From: Oceanispirochaeta sp.
GTDB lineage: Bacteria > Spirochaetota > Spirochaetia > DSM-2461
Reading direction: 5' to 3'
NCBI GenBank assembly: GCA_963663385.2
Contig: CAXXXD010000003.1
Location: forward strand, 1,472,001-1,536,000
Length of the DNA stretch: 64,000 nucleotides
Shown: positions 19,518 to 30,500 of the stretch, one piece after another
How positions within the stretch are numbered: position 1 is the first letter of the stretch
Layout: every line of letters starts with the position of its first letter
Made by a program: the position numbers and the translations under genes
The notes under the pieces: model-generated
Seen by the model: the letters and a program-made list of their open reading frames with translations, nothing else
What the model was told of the DNA's origin: nothing
The model's database searches: none

Positions 19518-20197
19518 TTTTTCTTTAAGTGAGCAACCAGCTCTTCAATACCGATCGGTTTATTTTCGTATAGACAGTCAAATATCTCAGATATCGAATT
19601 GAAATCATCTTCTGTATCGATTGTAACACATCCATCGTAAGTAAAACTGGAAGGCGCGTCATAGTACTCCAGCACAAACTGATCAGGATTGTTATAAATA
19701 TAAGGGGTCACATGTTCATGATCATAAGAGTCTTCCGTCCGACTGTAGGCTTTCTCCAGTGCTGAAAAACGAAAGACTTCAACACCGCTTCCAAGGGGTA
19801 GTCCCCGCATAGCCGTATAATCCCATTCAGGATGATTTATAAGCTGCTCAAGCAGAAATGATGCGGGTTCCCAGGCGACCAGGGGATTATCCCCTGTAGC
19901 CCGGATAACATTATCAACCTTAAAAAATCTCCCTGCTTGAATAAACCGGTCCAGCACATCATCCCGGGAACCAGCAAATAACTGAAAATCCATTTTATCG
20001 GACAGATCCCTGAAAAAGGGCTCGTCCCCCTGTGCCGTCAACAGAACATGCACATCTGCAGGGATTTTTTTAAGAGAAGCCATTGCATGTTCAACAATGG
20101 CTTTTCCCTGAAGTGTTATCAAAGCTTTACCCGGCAGTCTTGTAGAATCCATCCGGGCTTGTAAAAATACCGCTGAAGTCGTCATTCCATTTCCCAT
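19514..20197 (-). CDS. SpsF-like cytidylyltransferase
   Basis: QARMDSTRLPGK, GSRDDVLDRF, RATGDNP, EHVTPY, TIDT. Confidence 0.9.
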   Translation of the reverse strand: MGNGMTTSAVFLQARMDSTRLPGKALITLQGKAIVEHAMASLKKIPADVHVLLTAQGDEPFFRDLSDKMDFQLFAGSRDDVLDRFIQAGRFFKVDNVIRATGDNPLVAWEPASFLLEQLINHPEWDYTAMRGLPLGSGVEVFRFSALEKAYSRTEDSYDHEHVTPYIYNNPDQFVLEYYDAPSSFTYDGCVTIDTEDDFNSISEIFDCLYENKPIGIEELVAHLKKK

Positions 20198-21141
20198 AGT
20201 TCTGTAAGATTGTATGGATCCGTTTTAAATCTCAAACTGTTTTCATCAACCCAGTTTCTGATAGCTTTATAATCCTTGAATGCCTGAAAGATTCCACTGC
20301 CTGACTTTAGAAGGAAAAATAAAAACCGGCTGAACGGGAGGTTACAGGAATCTCCATTGAATTTCAATGTCAGGTTTTTCAGAAAAAACCGCCTGTAATA
20401 CTCATCCCGTGTCGTATCTTCCCGTGGGATATCTCCGGAATAACTGAGCTTAATATTTGTTCCAGTCTCGATTACATCTCCCCAAAGGAAAACTCTGAAA
20501 CCGAAATCCAGTTTTTGCCAGTACGGAGTCTTTATCTGTACATCAAACCCTCCGGACAGGATAAATTTCTGTTTGTTGTAAAGCCCGCAGTAATCATATG
20601 GGTAAAGTGTGGGCATTCTGTTCTTCATAGCCCCCAGAGGATAAACCTCAAGCCTTTTCTTGGAGAATCCGGGAGCAAATCTGGTTGGGACAGACTCTTT
20701 TCTTGAATTCATCAGCAAGGGGACCCGACAGAGAAACTCCCCCTCTGATGCAGTTCTGAAGATTCTATCGGCCTGGCTCCTGATCTGCAGATTCATATCA
20801 TTCCAGAAAACAAGAACATAGGATCCTGACGCTTCTTTAACAGCAATATTTATTCTCTCTCCGATACTTATTTCCGATGAAACCATTAGGAATTTCAAAC
20901 TTGTATATTTGGAAGCCAGCGCTTCCATTTCAAACACCTGATTTGAAGTTTCAACTGAAATGACTTCTCTGATCTGCAGCTCACACAGACTGCTGAGCAG
21001 ATCCGATTTAAAAGGCTTCCCGCCTCTATTAAGGATTACAACAGTAACTCCATCAAAAGAGAGAACATCTTTGGCACTCCCCGAGACGATAGTGTAACGT
21101 CCGGGAGAAGAGGGTTCAGAAGTTGTAGGTGTAGTACTCAT
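20182..21141 (-). CDS. Glycosyltransferase family 2-like (GT-A) protein
   Basis: VTVVIL, GERINIAVKEASGSYVLVFWND, GGFD…DFGFR. Confidence 0.7.
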   Translation of the reverse strand: MSTTPTTSEPSSPGRYTIVSGSAKDVLSFDGVTVVILNRGGKPFKSDLLSSLCELQIREVISVETSNQVFEMEALASKYTSLKFLMVSSEISIGERINIAVKEASGSYVLVFWNDMNLQIRSQADRIFRTASEGEFLCRVPLLMNSRKESVPTRFAPGFSKKRLEVYPLGAMKNRMPTLYPYDYCGLYNKQKFILSGGFDVQIKTPYWQKLDFGFRVFLWGDVIETGTNIKLSYSGDIPREDTTRDEYYRRFFLKNLTLKFNGDSCNLPFSRFLFFLLKSGSGIFQAFKDYKAIRNWVDENSLRFKTDPYNLTELWEME

Positions 21142-22624
21142 CGCAGTGCTCGCAAATTCCTGTATAAGAAGAGTTTAACTGGGAGTCATAATATTCACTC
21201 CCGTTATCCCAGATATCCTGAAGCTCCTGTTCAAAAACATTCCCCAAAACAGATTTCTTTTCAAGGTCCTCCCTGCAGACTACTACAGAGCCATCCAGGA
21301 GAATAACCATTTCCCGTTTAAGATGCCAACAGGGGAACCGCTTGACTGGAGAGAGATCGGTTACTTTTTTCTGTTCAAGAGCCCCGCAGAAATTATCGTA
21401 TTTCTGAATAATCACATTATCCGTTTTTTCTTTCCAGAAGCGATAGAACTGTTCAAGATCATCCTCGTTTTCAACGGTTCTGACAGCCTGAACCCAGGTA
21501 TGGGAAGGATTAAGACTCATAAAATGTTCTACCGTAGTCAGAGCTTCCTGCTGCCCCTCTCCCCGGAGCTTTTTATATAAATCGGGGTTTATGGCATCCA
21601 GAGAAAAAATCCAGTTCAACCTTTCTGATTCTATCAGGGATGAATGGCCGGCCATAAAGTCTCCCCAGCTGAGACCCGCTGTTTCTATCAGGATTTTTAA
21701 ACCAGTGCTATCCAGTATTCCCTGCAGCACCCCGGGCAGATCAGAATGGCATATCGCTTCTCCCCACAATGAAAGTGAAATGGTACTATCGGGAGCAAAG
21801 CTTTCAATTCGCCCGGCCAGATCCAGGATTTTATTCAGAGGCATCTCCTTGCTGCCGCCTCGATGATCGGGGTTGATCTTTGGATAGGGACAGTAGGAAC
21901 AGCTTTGAAGGCATTTCTCACTTATCTGTACCTGAAAATAAGCCGGAATAGTCCGGCAGTACTTTTCGATAGTGTCATCCATTGCAATTATAGAGGCACT
22001 GTCTGTTCCGCCGTTATCAACAATATTGCGCATCTGCCTCCAGTTTCTTTCTGTATCACAACATAGTGAGATCCTCTTCAGACGCATATCCCTGGGAGAA
22101 ATATCCGTTTCAATATCAAAAGCATTAATATCTTTTTGAATACAGGTAAAGAGAGAATCCCTCTCTATAGGCCCTTGCATATCCCCTGCCAATCCCTCCA
22201 GTTGCTTTAAACAGGAAATACTCAGGATCTCGGGGCTCAATCCATAGGGATACCCGTCGGCAAAGGAGTAGTCCGCATAATATTTGTAATGGTTTTCAAA
22301 CATCCGGTCCGTAAGATCACTGTCCAGCAGAGGTGTATCTCCGTAGATATATACACAGTTATCATAATCCCTGGATGCTGCTGCCAGAGCATTTATTAAG
22401 GCTCCGGGAGTATTCTCACTAAGGATCAGGGGGGGTTCCACAGTCTTTTCATGGAAAAACATTTTTAGCTGGCTAAGTTGCGATGCAACAGGTATAATTA
22501 AATCTATATCCGGAATGGCGTTACAATAATCCAGAATGGATTGGGCAACAGTTTTATCACGATAGATTATTTTTTGACAGTTTTCATTTATACCCGTCAG
22601 ATTTATGAAAGCAATATTCCTCAT
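21116..22624 (-). CDS. Spiro-SPASM protein (cytidylyltransferase-like N-terminus + radical SAM + SPASM/twitch)
   Basis: GDTPLLD/GYPYGL N-domain; CLQSCSYC (CX3CX2C); FPCWHL…C…CEHC; start taken at MRNIAF (22624). Confidence 0.88.
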   Translation of the reverse strand: MRNIAFINLTGINENCQKIIYRDKTVAQSILDYCNAIPDIDLIIPVASQLSQLKMFFHEKTVEPPLILSENTPGALINALAAASRDYDNCVYIYGDTPLLDSDLTDRMFENHYKYYADYSFADGYPYGLSPEILSISCLKQLEGLAGDMQGPIERDSLFTCIQKDINAFDIETDISPRDMRLKRISLCCDTERNWRQMRNIVDNGGTDSASIIAMDDTIEKYCRTIPAYFQVQISEKCLQSCSYCPYPKINPDHRGGSKEMPLNKILDLAGRIESFAPDSTISLSLWGEAICHSDLPGVLQGILDSTGLKILIETAGLSWGDFMAGHSSLIESERLNWIFSLDAINPDLYKKLRGEGQQEALTTVEHFMSLNPSHTWVQAVRTVENEDDLEQFYRFWKEKTDNVIIQKYDNFCGALEQKKVTDLSPVKRFPCWHLKREMVILLDGSVVVCREDLEKKSVLGNVFEQELQDIWDNGSEYYDSQLNSSYTGICEHCDEYYTYNF

Positions 22625-22697
22625 ATAAACTGTTATCGTCAGGATTTCAGGTTTATGTAAGAGAAAGATGTTATTCGGAGGCAGCTTGAAGTCCAGA

Positions 22698-23180
22698 ATG
22701 CGGAAAATACTAATAATCCTGTTTTTTTCAGTACCTTTTCTATCCTGTTCATCCGATCCGCTTAAAAATGAAAAGACGATTGAAAAATTCCTTATTTCCA
22801 ATCATTACACCTATTCCATAGATGCCGAAGGGGATTACAAATTAACCATACCTCTTGAAGATCATAATGAGTATGCCGTCTGGATCAGAAGAGAACTGAA
22901 CTACACAGACAACAAAGGGGTAAGAGAGATTTTTTCCATAGGAGCTCTTCTGTCTCAGGAACAGACAGAGTATCTCAGTTCCTATCTTCTTCAGGATAAC
23001 TACCAGACAAGGATAATGGGGAACTGGGCCTATATGAAGGATCATTCTGACGACAGGGTCATTCTGATTTATTTAATCAAGTTGCCTGCCTCTGCAGAAA
23101 GGGATTATCTTGAGTCTGCCCTGAAGGAAGCCGCCTTTGCCGCTGAGGTAATGAAAAGCGTTGTGCATTTGAAGGATTGA
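22698..23180 (+). CDS. Lipoprotein, YbjN-like fold suspected
   Basis: MRKILIILFFSVPFLSC lipobox; YSIDAEGDY…LLQDN…GNW pattern. Confidence 0.6.
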   Translation: MRKILIILFFSVPFLSCSSDPLKNEKTIEKFLISNHYTYSIDAEGDYKLTIPLEDHNEYAVWIRRELNYTDNKGVREIFSIGALLSQEQTEYLSSYLLQDNYQTRIMGNWAYMKDHSDDRVILIYLIKLPASAERDYLESALKEAAFAAEVMKSVVHLKD

Positions 23181-23214
23181 AATTCTACCGCGTTTAAGAG
23201 TATTTTCATTACTG

Positions 23215-24444
23215 ATGAACCATAACAGCCTGAACAGCAGCCGTATTCCTCTCTATAATGTTTCAGAAATAACCTATCTTATTAAAACTCAGCTGGAAGA
23301 GCAGTTCTCCCTTGTTCGGGTTAAAGGGGAAATAAGCACTTTCAGGAAGGCCGCTTCCGGACACTGTTATTTCAACCTGAAAGACAGGGACAGTATCATA
23401 AATGCGGTTCTTTTCCGTTTCCAGACGGAACAACTGGATTTTCTGCCGGCGGACGGGCAATCGGTTATCATTCTGGGAAGGATTTCCGTCTACCCTCAGA
23501 GGGGGAATTATCAGCTGATCTGTGAAACCATGGAAAAAGTCGGAAAAGGCGATCTTCTAATGATGCTGGAAGAAAGAAAGAAGAAACTGGCCTCCCTGGG
23601 ACTTTTTGATCAGGAACGGAAGAAGAGCCTCCCGCCCTATCCATCCAGAATCGGAGTTGTCACATCCGCAGAGGGAGCGGCCATTCAGGATATAATTCAG
23701 GTACTGAAGCGCAGAATGAACGGGTTTACCCTCCAGATTTACGACTCTCTGGTTCAGGGAGATAAAGCTCCTGCGTCCCTGGAATCGGGAATTGAGTTCT
23801 TTAACAGGAAAAAAGATGTGGATGTAATCATACTGGCACGGGGCGGCGGATCCGTAGAGGATCTTCTGGCTTTCAGCGACGAATCTGTCGTTCGGGCTGT
23901 TGCGTCATCCAGCATCCCCCTGATTACCGGAATCGGCCATGAGATTGATTTTTCCCTGTCAGATTTTGCTGCGGACGTCAGAGCTGCAACTCCATCGGCT
24001 GCCGCGGAGATACTGTCCCAGTCAGCTGTTGAGGTCAGACAGAAAATCATGGAAATAAAACAGTCCCTGACAGGGACAATGCAGCATAGTCTGGATAAAT
24101 ACCGATGGCAAATTGACAATAAGGGAGCGGAATCACTGATTCAGCACTATAATGGGATAGTTGCGGCCCGGCGAATCCATCTGGACAACATTCAGTATCA
24201 GCTAATGGATACGACAGATCACATTGTTAATAATTTCAGGCATAAAATAGAATTGAATAAAAACGCCATCCAATCCCAGTCACCGGAAAGAATCCTGAAA
24301 AAAGGATTTTCCCTGGTTGTGAAGGACAACAGAATCATTTCCAGATCAAAGGATCTGAAGGCGGGTGATCTGGTAAGCCTCACCATGCAGGACGGCTCGA
24401 AGGAAGCCCTGATTCAAGGAGAAATATCAAGTGAAAACGTTTGA
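23215..24444 (+). CDS. xseA: Exodeoxyribonuclease VII large subunit
   Basis: GEIS…SGHCYFNLKD, RGGGSVEDL, GIGHEIDF, TPSAAAE. Confidence 0.96.
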   Translation: MNHNSLNSSRIPLYNVSEITYLIKTQLEEQFSLVRVKGEISTFRKAASGHCYFNLKDRDSIINAVLFRFQTEQLDFLPADGQSVIILGRISVYPQRGNYQLICETMEKVGKGDLLMMLEERKKKLASLGLFDQERKKSLPPYPSRIGVVTSAEGAAIQDIIQVLKRRMNGFTLQIYDSLVQGDKAPASLESGIEFFNRKKDVDVIILARGGGSVEDLLAFSDESVVRAVASSSIPLITGIGHEIDFSLSDFAADVRAATPSAAAEILSQSAVEVRQKIMEIKQSLTGTMQHSLDKYRWQIDNKGAESLIQHYNGIVAARRIHLDNIQYQLMDTTDHIVNNFRHKIELNKNAIQSQSPERILKKGFSLVVKDNRIISRSKDLKAGDLVSLTMQDGSKEALIQGEISSENV

Positions 24445-24622
24445 AGAAAGAATGGCCAGGCTTGAAGAGATCAATACTTTGTTAAAAGAAGGCAGGAATA
24501 CCTTCTCCGAAATGACAGAACTTTTTGAAGAGGGTATTACACTGTCTTCAAGTCTTGAAATAGAACTGAACCGGGCTGAACAGAAAATAATACAGCTTAA
24601 GGAAAATCATCAGGAAAAATAA
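24431..24622 (+). CDS. xseB: Exodeoxyribonuclease VII small subunit
   Basis: TFEERMARLEEI…FEEG…AEQKI; overlaps xseA end. Confidence 0.9.
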   Translation: MKTFEERMARLEEINTLLKEGRNTFSEMTELFEEGITLSSSLEIELNRAEQKIIQLKENHQEK

Positions 24623-25031
24623 GCTGGTCCCCTATCTGTATCCCATTTTCTTTATAGAAGCCCCTGTTCACCTCAAGCGCATAAAGGATTGAATAAACAG
24701 AGGAGACAGGATTTTCCGAATAGGGCTGAAGATCATGAATTTCCCGGATTTGGCCCGACTTGCTGATATAGGCGATTGTAAGAGGAATTCCGGTATCCTT
24801 CATCCAGAAGGATACTTTTTTTTCTTTTTCAAAAATGAAAAGCATCCCCCTGTCCGCAGGCAGTTCCTCCCGCTTCATCAATCCCTTCTCCCTTTTCCGG
24901 GGAGTATCGGCAATTTCAGCCAGTATTGTTGTTTCATTAATCCTGAGACTTTGAATCTCATTCTTCTCCTCGGCTGTACAGGACGAAATAAAAAAGATGG
25001 ATGTTATAATAAGAAGATATTTTATATTCAT
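24597..25031 (-). CDS. DUF192-family lipoprotein
   Basis: EIADT…R.KGLM.R…GMLFIF…FWMKDT.IPL…LEVNRG; lipobox ISSC. Confidence 0.9.
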   Translation of the reverse strand: MNIKYLLIITSIFFISSCTAEEKNEIQSLRINETTILAEIADTPRKREKGLMKREELPADRGMLFIFEKEKKVSFWMKDTGIPLTIAYISKSGQIREIHDLQPYSENPVSSVYSILYALEVNRGFYKENGIQIGDQLIFPDDFP

Positions 25032-25657
25032 TAAAAATCCTTCAGGAATTCCTCTCTGGAAATCTCTTTAAACCCTTCTCTTGTACGGGCATCTTCCAGA
25101 AAACCTTCAAATGTTTTTCTATCCAGGTATTTAAGTGTAAGAGGATATTCCAGTGTCAGAATAACCGTCTCGTTTTCCCAGGTCATTCCCCGGGGAGAAA
25201 GATCATCAGGAGTACCGTATTTACGGGTCAGATCCTGCTGCATGGTAAAAAAATCCATCTGTTCCAGATCAAAGGTCAGAATTATTAAATACAGCTGTTC
25301 TTCATTAAACTGGAAAAATCCCTCATCTATAAAACCACGCCCTTTGGCTGAAATCAGGTAACGGCTGCCAAAATCCTGAAGTGAGACATCAGGTTCACCT
25401 CTGTAATCAAAACGGGATTCCGCAATCAGAGCAGTTTTTACCTGTTCCAGTGGCATCCCCAATAGGATATTTCGATACCCCTCCGGAAGAGGAACAGAGT
25501 CATCCTCTTTTACCTGAATATTCTCAGTGGAGATCTTGCTTTGAGAGTCTGATTCATTCTGCACAGGATCAATTGCGGTTTGTCCGGCAAGATTAAAAGC
25601 TACTGTGCATAAAAAAAAGATAATTGAATAAAAAATCCGCAGGTTCATAATACTCAT
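25031..25657 (-). CDS. Hypothetical secreted protein
   Basis: Signal peptide; translationally coupled to the DUF192 gene. Confidence 0.7.
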   Translation of the reverse strand: MSIMNLRIFYSIIFFLCTVAFNLAGQTAIDPVQNESDSQSKISTENIQVKEDDSVPLPEGYRNILLGMPLEQVKTALIAESRFDYRGEPDVSLQDFGSRYLISAKGRGFIDEGFFQFNEEQLYLIILTFDLEQMDFFTMQQDLTRKYGTPDDLSPRGMTWENETVILTLEYPLTLKYLDRKTFEGFLEDARTREGFKEISREEFLKDF

Positions 25658-25764
25658 AATATCGGCTCCTGCACTTTATGAATATATATGTTTATAACTG
25701 TAAATGAAGCTTTTTTAAGCTGTATCAGTTTACTTGAGGTATAAACATATACTATGATATTTTT

Positions 25765-27213
25765 ATGAACAAACGAATCCTGTTTGGCTTGATCGTTCTG
25801 CTTTCCGCCTTCAGACTTTTTTCACAAAGCGGTTATCCGAAGATAGATATAAAAATTCAAACCCAGGAAGAGTATTCCCGTCTCCCCCGACTGGAAGAGG
25901 AAGATCTTTATAATAAAGCAAAAGCTGTATTTTCCCAGGGGCTTGAGATAGTCTGTGATATCGAAGGGGTACGTGTTTTTATTTCCGATTCAGAAAGAGG
26001 AACAACCCCTTATGAAAACAATGATATCCCCATCGGTCATTATAGAATAAAACTTGCCAAATCCGGCAGGGAAGATCTCGTTTTCTGGGTAAATATTAAT
26101 AAAGGTAAGAGGACTACCGTATCGATTCAGTATGTTCCTGCAGAAACGGAGCATTCGGAGAGTAAACCAGATCTGATAATACGAAACGGGACCGCCTATA
26201 AGTGGTTGAATCCTTCTGATCCCCTTTATTACAGAAGGATCCTTTTTTCCAAGCAGCTTTTTACAGATGACCGGACCGATCTTATACTGACAGACAGTGA
26301 AAACACGCCTCTCATCACGCTCTCTCCTGAGAAAGAATCAGATAATAACTTTATATACTACTGGAGCGGTCAGGATATTGACGGTAATCCTGTAAACGAT
26401 GGTTTGTACGCCCTCTATTCGGTAAGTGACTTTGCTCAGAACTCCCGTTTTTATACGGATCAACGGTTTTCCCGTAAAGCGGCCAACTATTTTTCCGGTT
26501 TTTCCGGTTTATGCCTGGTCCCTTCTGCCCAGCCCATATTTCAGAATAGTTTCCAGTTTGGTTCATTTATCAGCAAAGAGATGAATCTGACTGATTCGGA
26601 TCAACCGTCCAACCTGCCCTTTTCATTTTTTCTGAGGTTTTCACCTGTCAGTAGATGGGAATCAGCCTTTGAGGGAGAAGTTTCCATCCACCCTGACAAC
26701 AGTATTCCTCTGATCAAACTAAATACTTCCCAGAAAGTCCTGATTACGGGGAACGGTCCGTTTCTGTTTTCCCTGAACGGTCGCTTCAGTTACAGAGCCG
26801 ATATAAATGACTTTGAAGAACTGGTCTATAATAATATTATACGGGACCCCGCCGGGGCTTCCCTGGCTTTTCCCGTACAGTTCAAAGTAAATTTATGGGA
26901 CTTCTATATTGCCCCCGAAGCAATTTATTCCTTTAAACCAGTCCTGCCCGATATGGGAAAGGAGAAGCAGGATTTTATGGGTACCGCCAGATGGGGGGTT
27001 TCCTATACGGACCGGTATTTTCAGGCAGGTTTTTCTTCAGCCCTCCATTCAGGTTCTGTGAGAGGGACCCCTATCGTTATGCAGAGTGCTTTGGAATGCA
27101 CCCTATTCCTCCCCCGGTCGCCCCTTTACCTCAATGGTTACCTTGTGTATCAGGAGATTAGGGAGGGAGAAGAAAATACGGCTATAGGACTGGGATTGGG
27201 ATTTTTGCTTTAA
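25765..27213 (+). CDS. PEGA-domain protein with FlgD-Ig-like segment and possible C-terminal beta-barrel
   Basis: GVRVFI…GTTP…GHYRIKLAKSG (PEGA); WSGQDIDGNPVNDGLY (FlgD-like); terminal GLGLGFLL. Confidence 0.65.
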   Translation: MNKRILFGLIVLLSAFRLFSQSGYPKIDIKIQTQEEYSRLPRLEEEDLYNKAKAVFSQGLEIVCDIEGVRVFISDSERGTTPYENNDIPIGHYRIKLAKSGREDLVFWVNINKGKRTTVSIQYVPAETEHSESKPDLIIRNGTAYKWLNPSDPLYYRRILFSKQLFTDDRTDLILTDSENTPLITLSPEKESDNNFIYYWSGQDIDGNPVNDGLYALYSVSDFAQNSRFYTDQRFSRKAANYFSGFSGLCLVPSAQPIFQNSFQFGSFISKEMNLTDSDQPSNLPFSFFLRFSPVSRWESAFEGEVSIHPDNSIPLIKLNTSQKVLITGNGPFLFSLNGRFSYRADINDFEELVYNNIIRDPAGASLAFPVQFKVNLWDFYIAPEAIYSFKPVLPDMGKEKQDFMGTARWGVSYTDRYFQAGFSSALHSGSVRGTPIVMQSALECTLFLPRSPLYLNGYLVYQEIREGEENTAIGLGLGFLL

Positions 27214-27222
27214 CAGGTTTTA

Positions 27223-27540
27223 TCAGGATGAGAGAAGCAGATAAATCAGAACAGGAATAAGCAGCAGCATTAATGTTCCCATAATCCAGAATGTCTTGTC
27301 GCTGAGGTACTGCTTCCACACCCGTTTTTCCTTCTCCGTAACAGAAAGCGGGACTCGTTCCGTATTATCTGATTTCCCGGCCAGATAACCGCAGGAAGGA
27401 CAGCCCTTTCTGAATTCCTCCGATTTACCGCTGTAGTTGCAGCGCGGGCATTTTACAGCTTTAAACAGAACTCCGCAGGAAGGGCATTCATCACAATCAA
27501 TCTCTACTTTTTCCCCGCAGTTATCACAGTAGAACCCCAT
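27223..27540 (-). CDS. Double zinc-ribbon protein with C-terminal TM anchor
   Basis: CDNC, CPSC, CPRC, CPSC; hydrophobic C-terminus; TAATG coupling to upstream gene. Confidence 0.8.
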   Translation of the reverse strand: MGFYCDNCGEKVEIDCDECPSCGVLFKAVKCPRCNYSGKSEEFRKGCPSCGYLAGKSDNTERVPLSVTEKEKRVWKQYLSDKTFWIMGTLMLLLIPVLIYLLLSS

Positions 27541-30500
27541 TACTTCTTTCTGATCCCCAGGATAGTCAGGTCGTCATACTGGTGATCTTCCTTCAGATGG
27601 GAGTAATAGGTGTACTCTGGGAATTCCTCATCGGGAATGGGATAACGGAAATACTCCCGGTACTGATCAAAATGTTTCTTCAGAAAATCATCAATCTTGT
27701 TATCTATCCGGATACGGTCATCCGCCCCGGCTGAAGGATCCGGGATCATACGGAATATTTTTTCAACAGATACCAGAGCCAGAACGGCATGATCCACCTT
27801 TCCGTTACATTCGGTAAAATTGAATGACAAAGTTCTGTCCGGATCCGGGTTATGATACTTATACAGTGTATAGGTTTCTCGATGGAGGGCAGCCTCAATT
27901 ACATCATGGATCCGGGATACGGAAAATTCCTCAAACTCACTGTTAACCTCATGGGTTTTATGCATACCTTCCTGGTCCTGATTACAGGAGTCATCACAGA
28001 CGATCTGTTCATACCGGCTGTTCCGGAAAGTCCGCTGAGCTTCCTCAATACCATCTGTAAACAGGAACAGAATATCCCCGCTTTTCAGCATATGAGGCAG
28101 TTGTTTATACGATTTATCCCCTTCCAGCATAAATGAAGGAAATACACCTGCCGCGGGAACTTCGTTTATGGTTTTTATAAACATTTTATTATTCTGCTGA
28201 TTATAGATATGCACCAGATTATCTCCTGCGTTACACATCCAGCACTTACCGGTTCTAACATTCATAACGATGACAATAAATGCCGCAAAACGACCTTCGA
28301 ACCCGACCTCTTCCAGAAGATCATTGATACTGTACACAAGCTTATCGATATGGATTCCGTCCCTTTTTATATCAGTTGTTTTAAAGTAGTTGATAAAAAT
28401 GGTTGCGACTTCCACCATAATCAGCGAAGCGGGGATACCTTTTCCGGCAATATCACACTTGATAATGGCATAGTGCTCATCATCCAGCTGACGAAAATCA
28501 AAGTAGTCTCCAGATACACCTTTAGCACCTTCATAGTACCCGTAAAACTGTACATTTTCATTTTCCATCTCACCTGTGGACAATTTTCTGTTTCCCACAG
28601 CCATTGTTTCAAGGGGAATGAACTTTTTCTGTATTTCCTTACCTAAGGTGAGTTCCTTACTGGCTGCCGCCGCCGTAACAAGACCTTCTGTCATCTGGTT
28701 GAATGTTCTGGCCAGATCTGCCAGCTCATCCCGTGTTTTTATCTCGATTACATGATCTGACAGCTTTGACTTATCCTGGGTGTCTCTGACGATCTCCACG
28801 GCCCGAACAAGTTTCCGGATAGGATTGATCATGGTTTGAGCCAGAAGGATAGCTCCGAGAAATCCGGTAAAAATGGCTATAAGCGAAATAGTAACCGTAA
28901 TCCGGATGATATTCTGCTGAATACTGATAATCTCATTCAGAATATTCTCTATGGAGACTTCCAGCCTGATAATTCCACGGAAATAGGTGTTAATACCCTT
29001 ATTACGATACACTACAGGTTTATAGAATATAAAAGTCTTCTGGGAGGGATTAATATTCTCCACAGTAAACTCCGGATAGGTTTTGACTACGTTTGAAACG
29101 GATTTCAGTTTATCATTTATCTCTGTTTCTATACGGCTGATTGTTTCCTGGATGATTCTCAAATCCTCAAGGGACTGCCTGTCTCCTTTCAATGCCAGTC
29201 GCACAGCATCTTCCGAAAGCTGATCCAGCTGCACATTCTGATCACCTACCAGTTCTATGGCGTTTTTATTGATTTCCTGCTGCAGCAGCATGACTTCATC
29301 ACTGATAACATCTTTTATCCTGGTTTCACCCGGTTCAAAATCTGTCAGCAGATTGGAGACAGTAAGGATTCCGTATAAATCGCTCCTGTCCGTCTCGAGG
29401 GGCAGGGAGAAATCATAGTATCCCTCTCGGATTGCATAACTGTTCAGCAGTTCTTCAAACCTCTCTTCATCCATATCTTCGGGTTTATCAAGGTCCTGTT
29501 TCCGTACTTCAGCGGGAAAGAGCTGATCTTCATTGACTCCCGGATCATTGGATGCCCAGATATAATCGAATTCCGCAGGATGATTTATTCCGATACCGCT
29601 TATGGTCGTATTCCTGGCATCTTCCATTGCCGAAATCTGGCCCGGCAGCAGACCAAGCTCCAGACGGTTCTGGGTGGGCAGATAGGTTCTGGCGCCGTTT
29701 GCCAGTGTTTCAAGAAGCAGAGCGCTCCTCTGATATAAACCTTCGGACAGGTTGGTTTGCTGAGTATTGATCATAAACTGTCCGAGGGAGATTGAAATAG
29801 TCAGGGTTACGAACAGTATCAGAGTCAGAATAGCCAGAATGAATTTCAAACGCAGACTGAAACCTCTTTTTTTCATGACTTTTAACCTCTCTTTATGAAT
29901 TTGACCGGGGATGGGGGTTCCTTCGAGAATGGCTTTCACATCCTCTTCCAGCATGCGGCTTTCCCTGATGATGTTGAAAATCATCACGGTTGTAAAGAAA
30001 GTGGCTGCCAGCAGTAAGGCCAGAATAGCCGTAAACAGAGTTCTATTCAGGTCCCAGATATCCCGTGCCATTCTGGCTGGCTGCCAGAAGGTCTTGTAAT
30101 CGTAGGAGAAATCTCCAAAACGCACCGTTCCCGAAGAGTCTAGTCTTAAACGGTTTTCAGCAAAAACGAGGCCTCTCCGCGGGTGAATAACCCCCACCCG
30201 GTAGGTTCCCTCTTCCAGGACCTCAACCGTAACATTTTCTATTATCCGGTCTGTTCTGATACTGAATTCCCCTTCGGAAAACTCGTAATCCCAGGGAGCA
30301 GTACCATCCCTATCAAGGATAACTTTATTAATATTTCCGCCCACACTGAACCCGCGGCCGATTAAACGGAGAACAACCCGTTCCAGACGGTCCCGGGTGG
30401 ACTGGACATCACTGATGTAAGTAACCGGAATATATTTATCCGTACGGAAAAAAAGAGTTTTGGGTTCGCTCTTATTTCCCACATCATCATAGGCAACGAC

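Noticed and set aside
22625..22801. 59-aa N-terminal extension of the spiro-SPASM ORF
   Set aside because: Overlaps the divergent lipoprotein gene; MRNIAF at 22624 is the more plausible start
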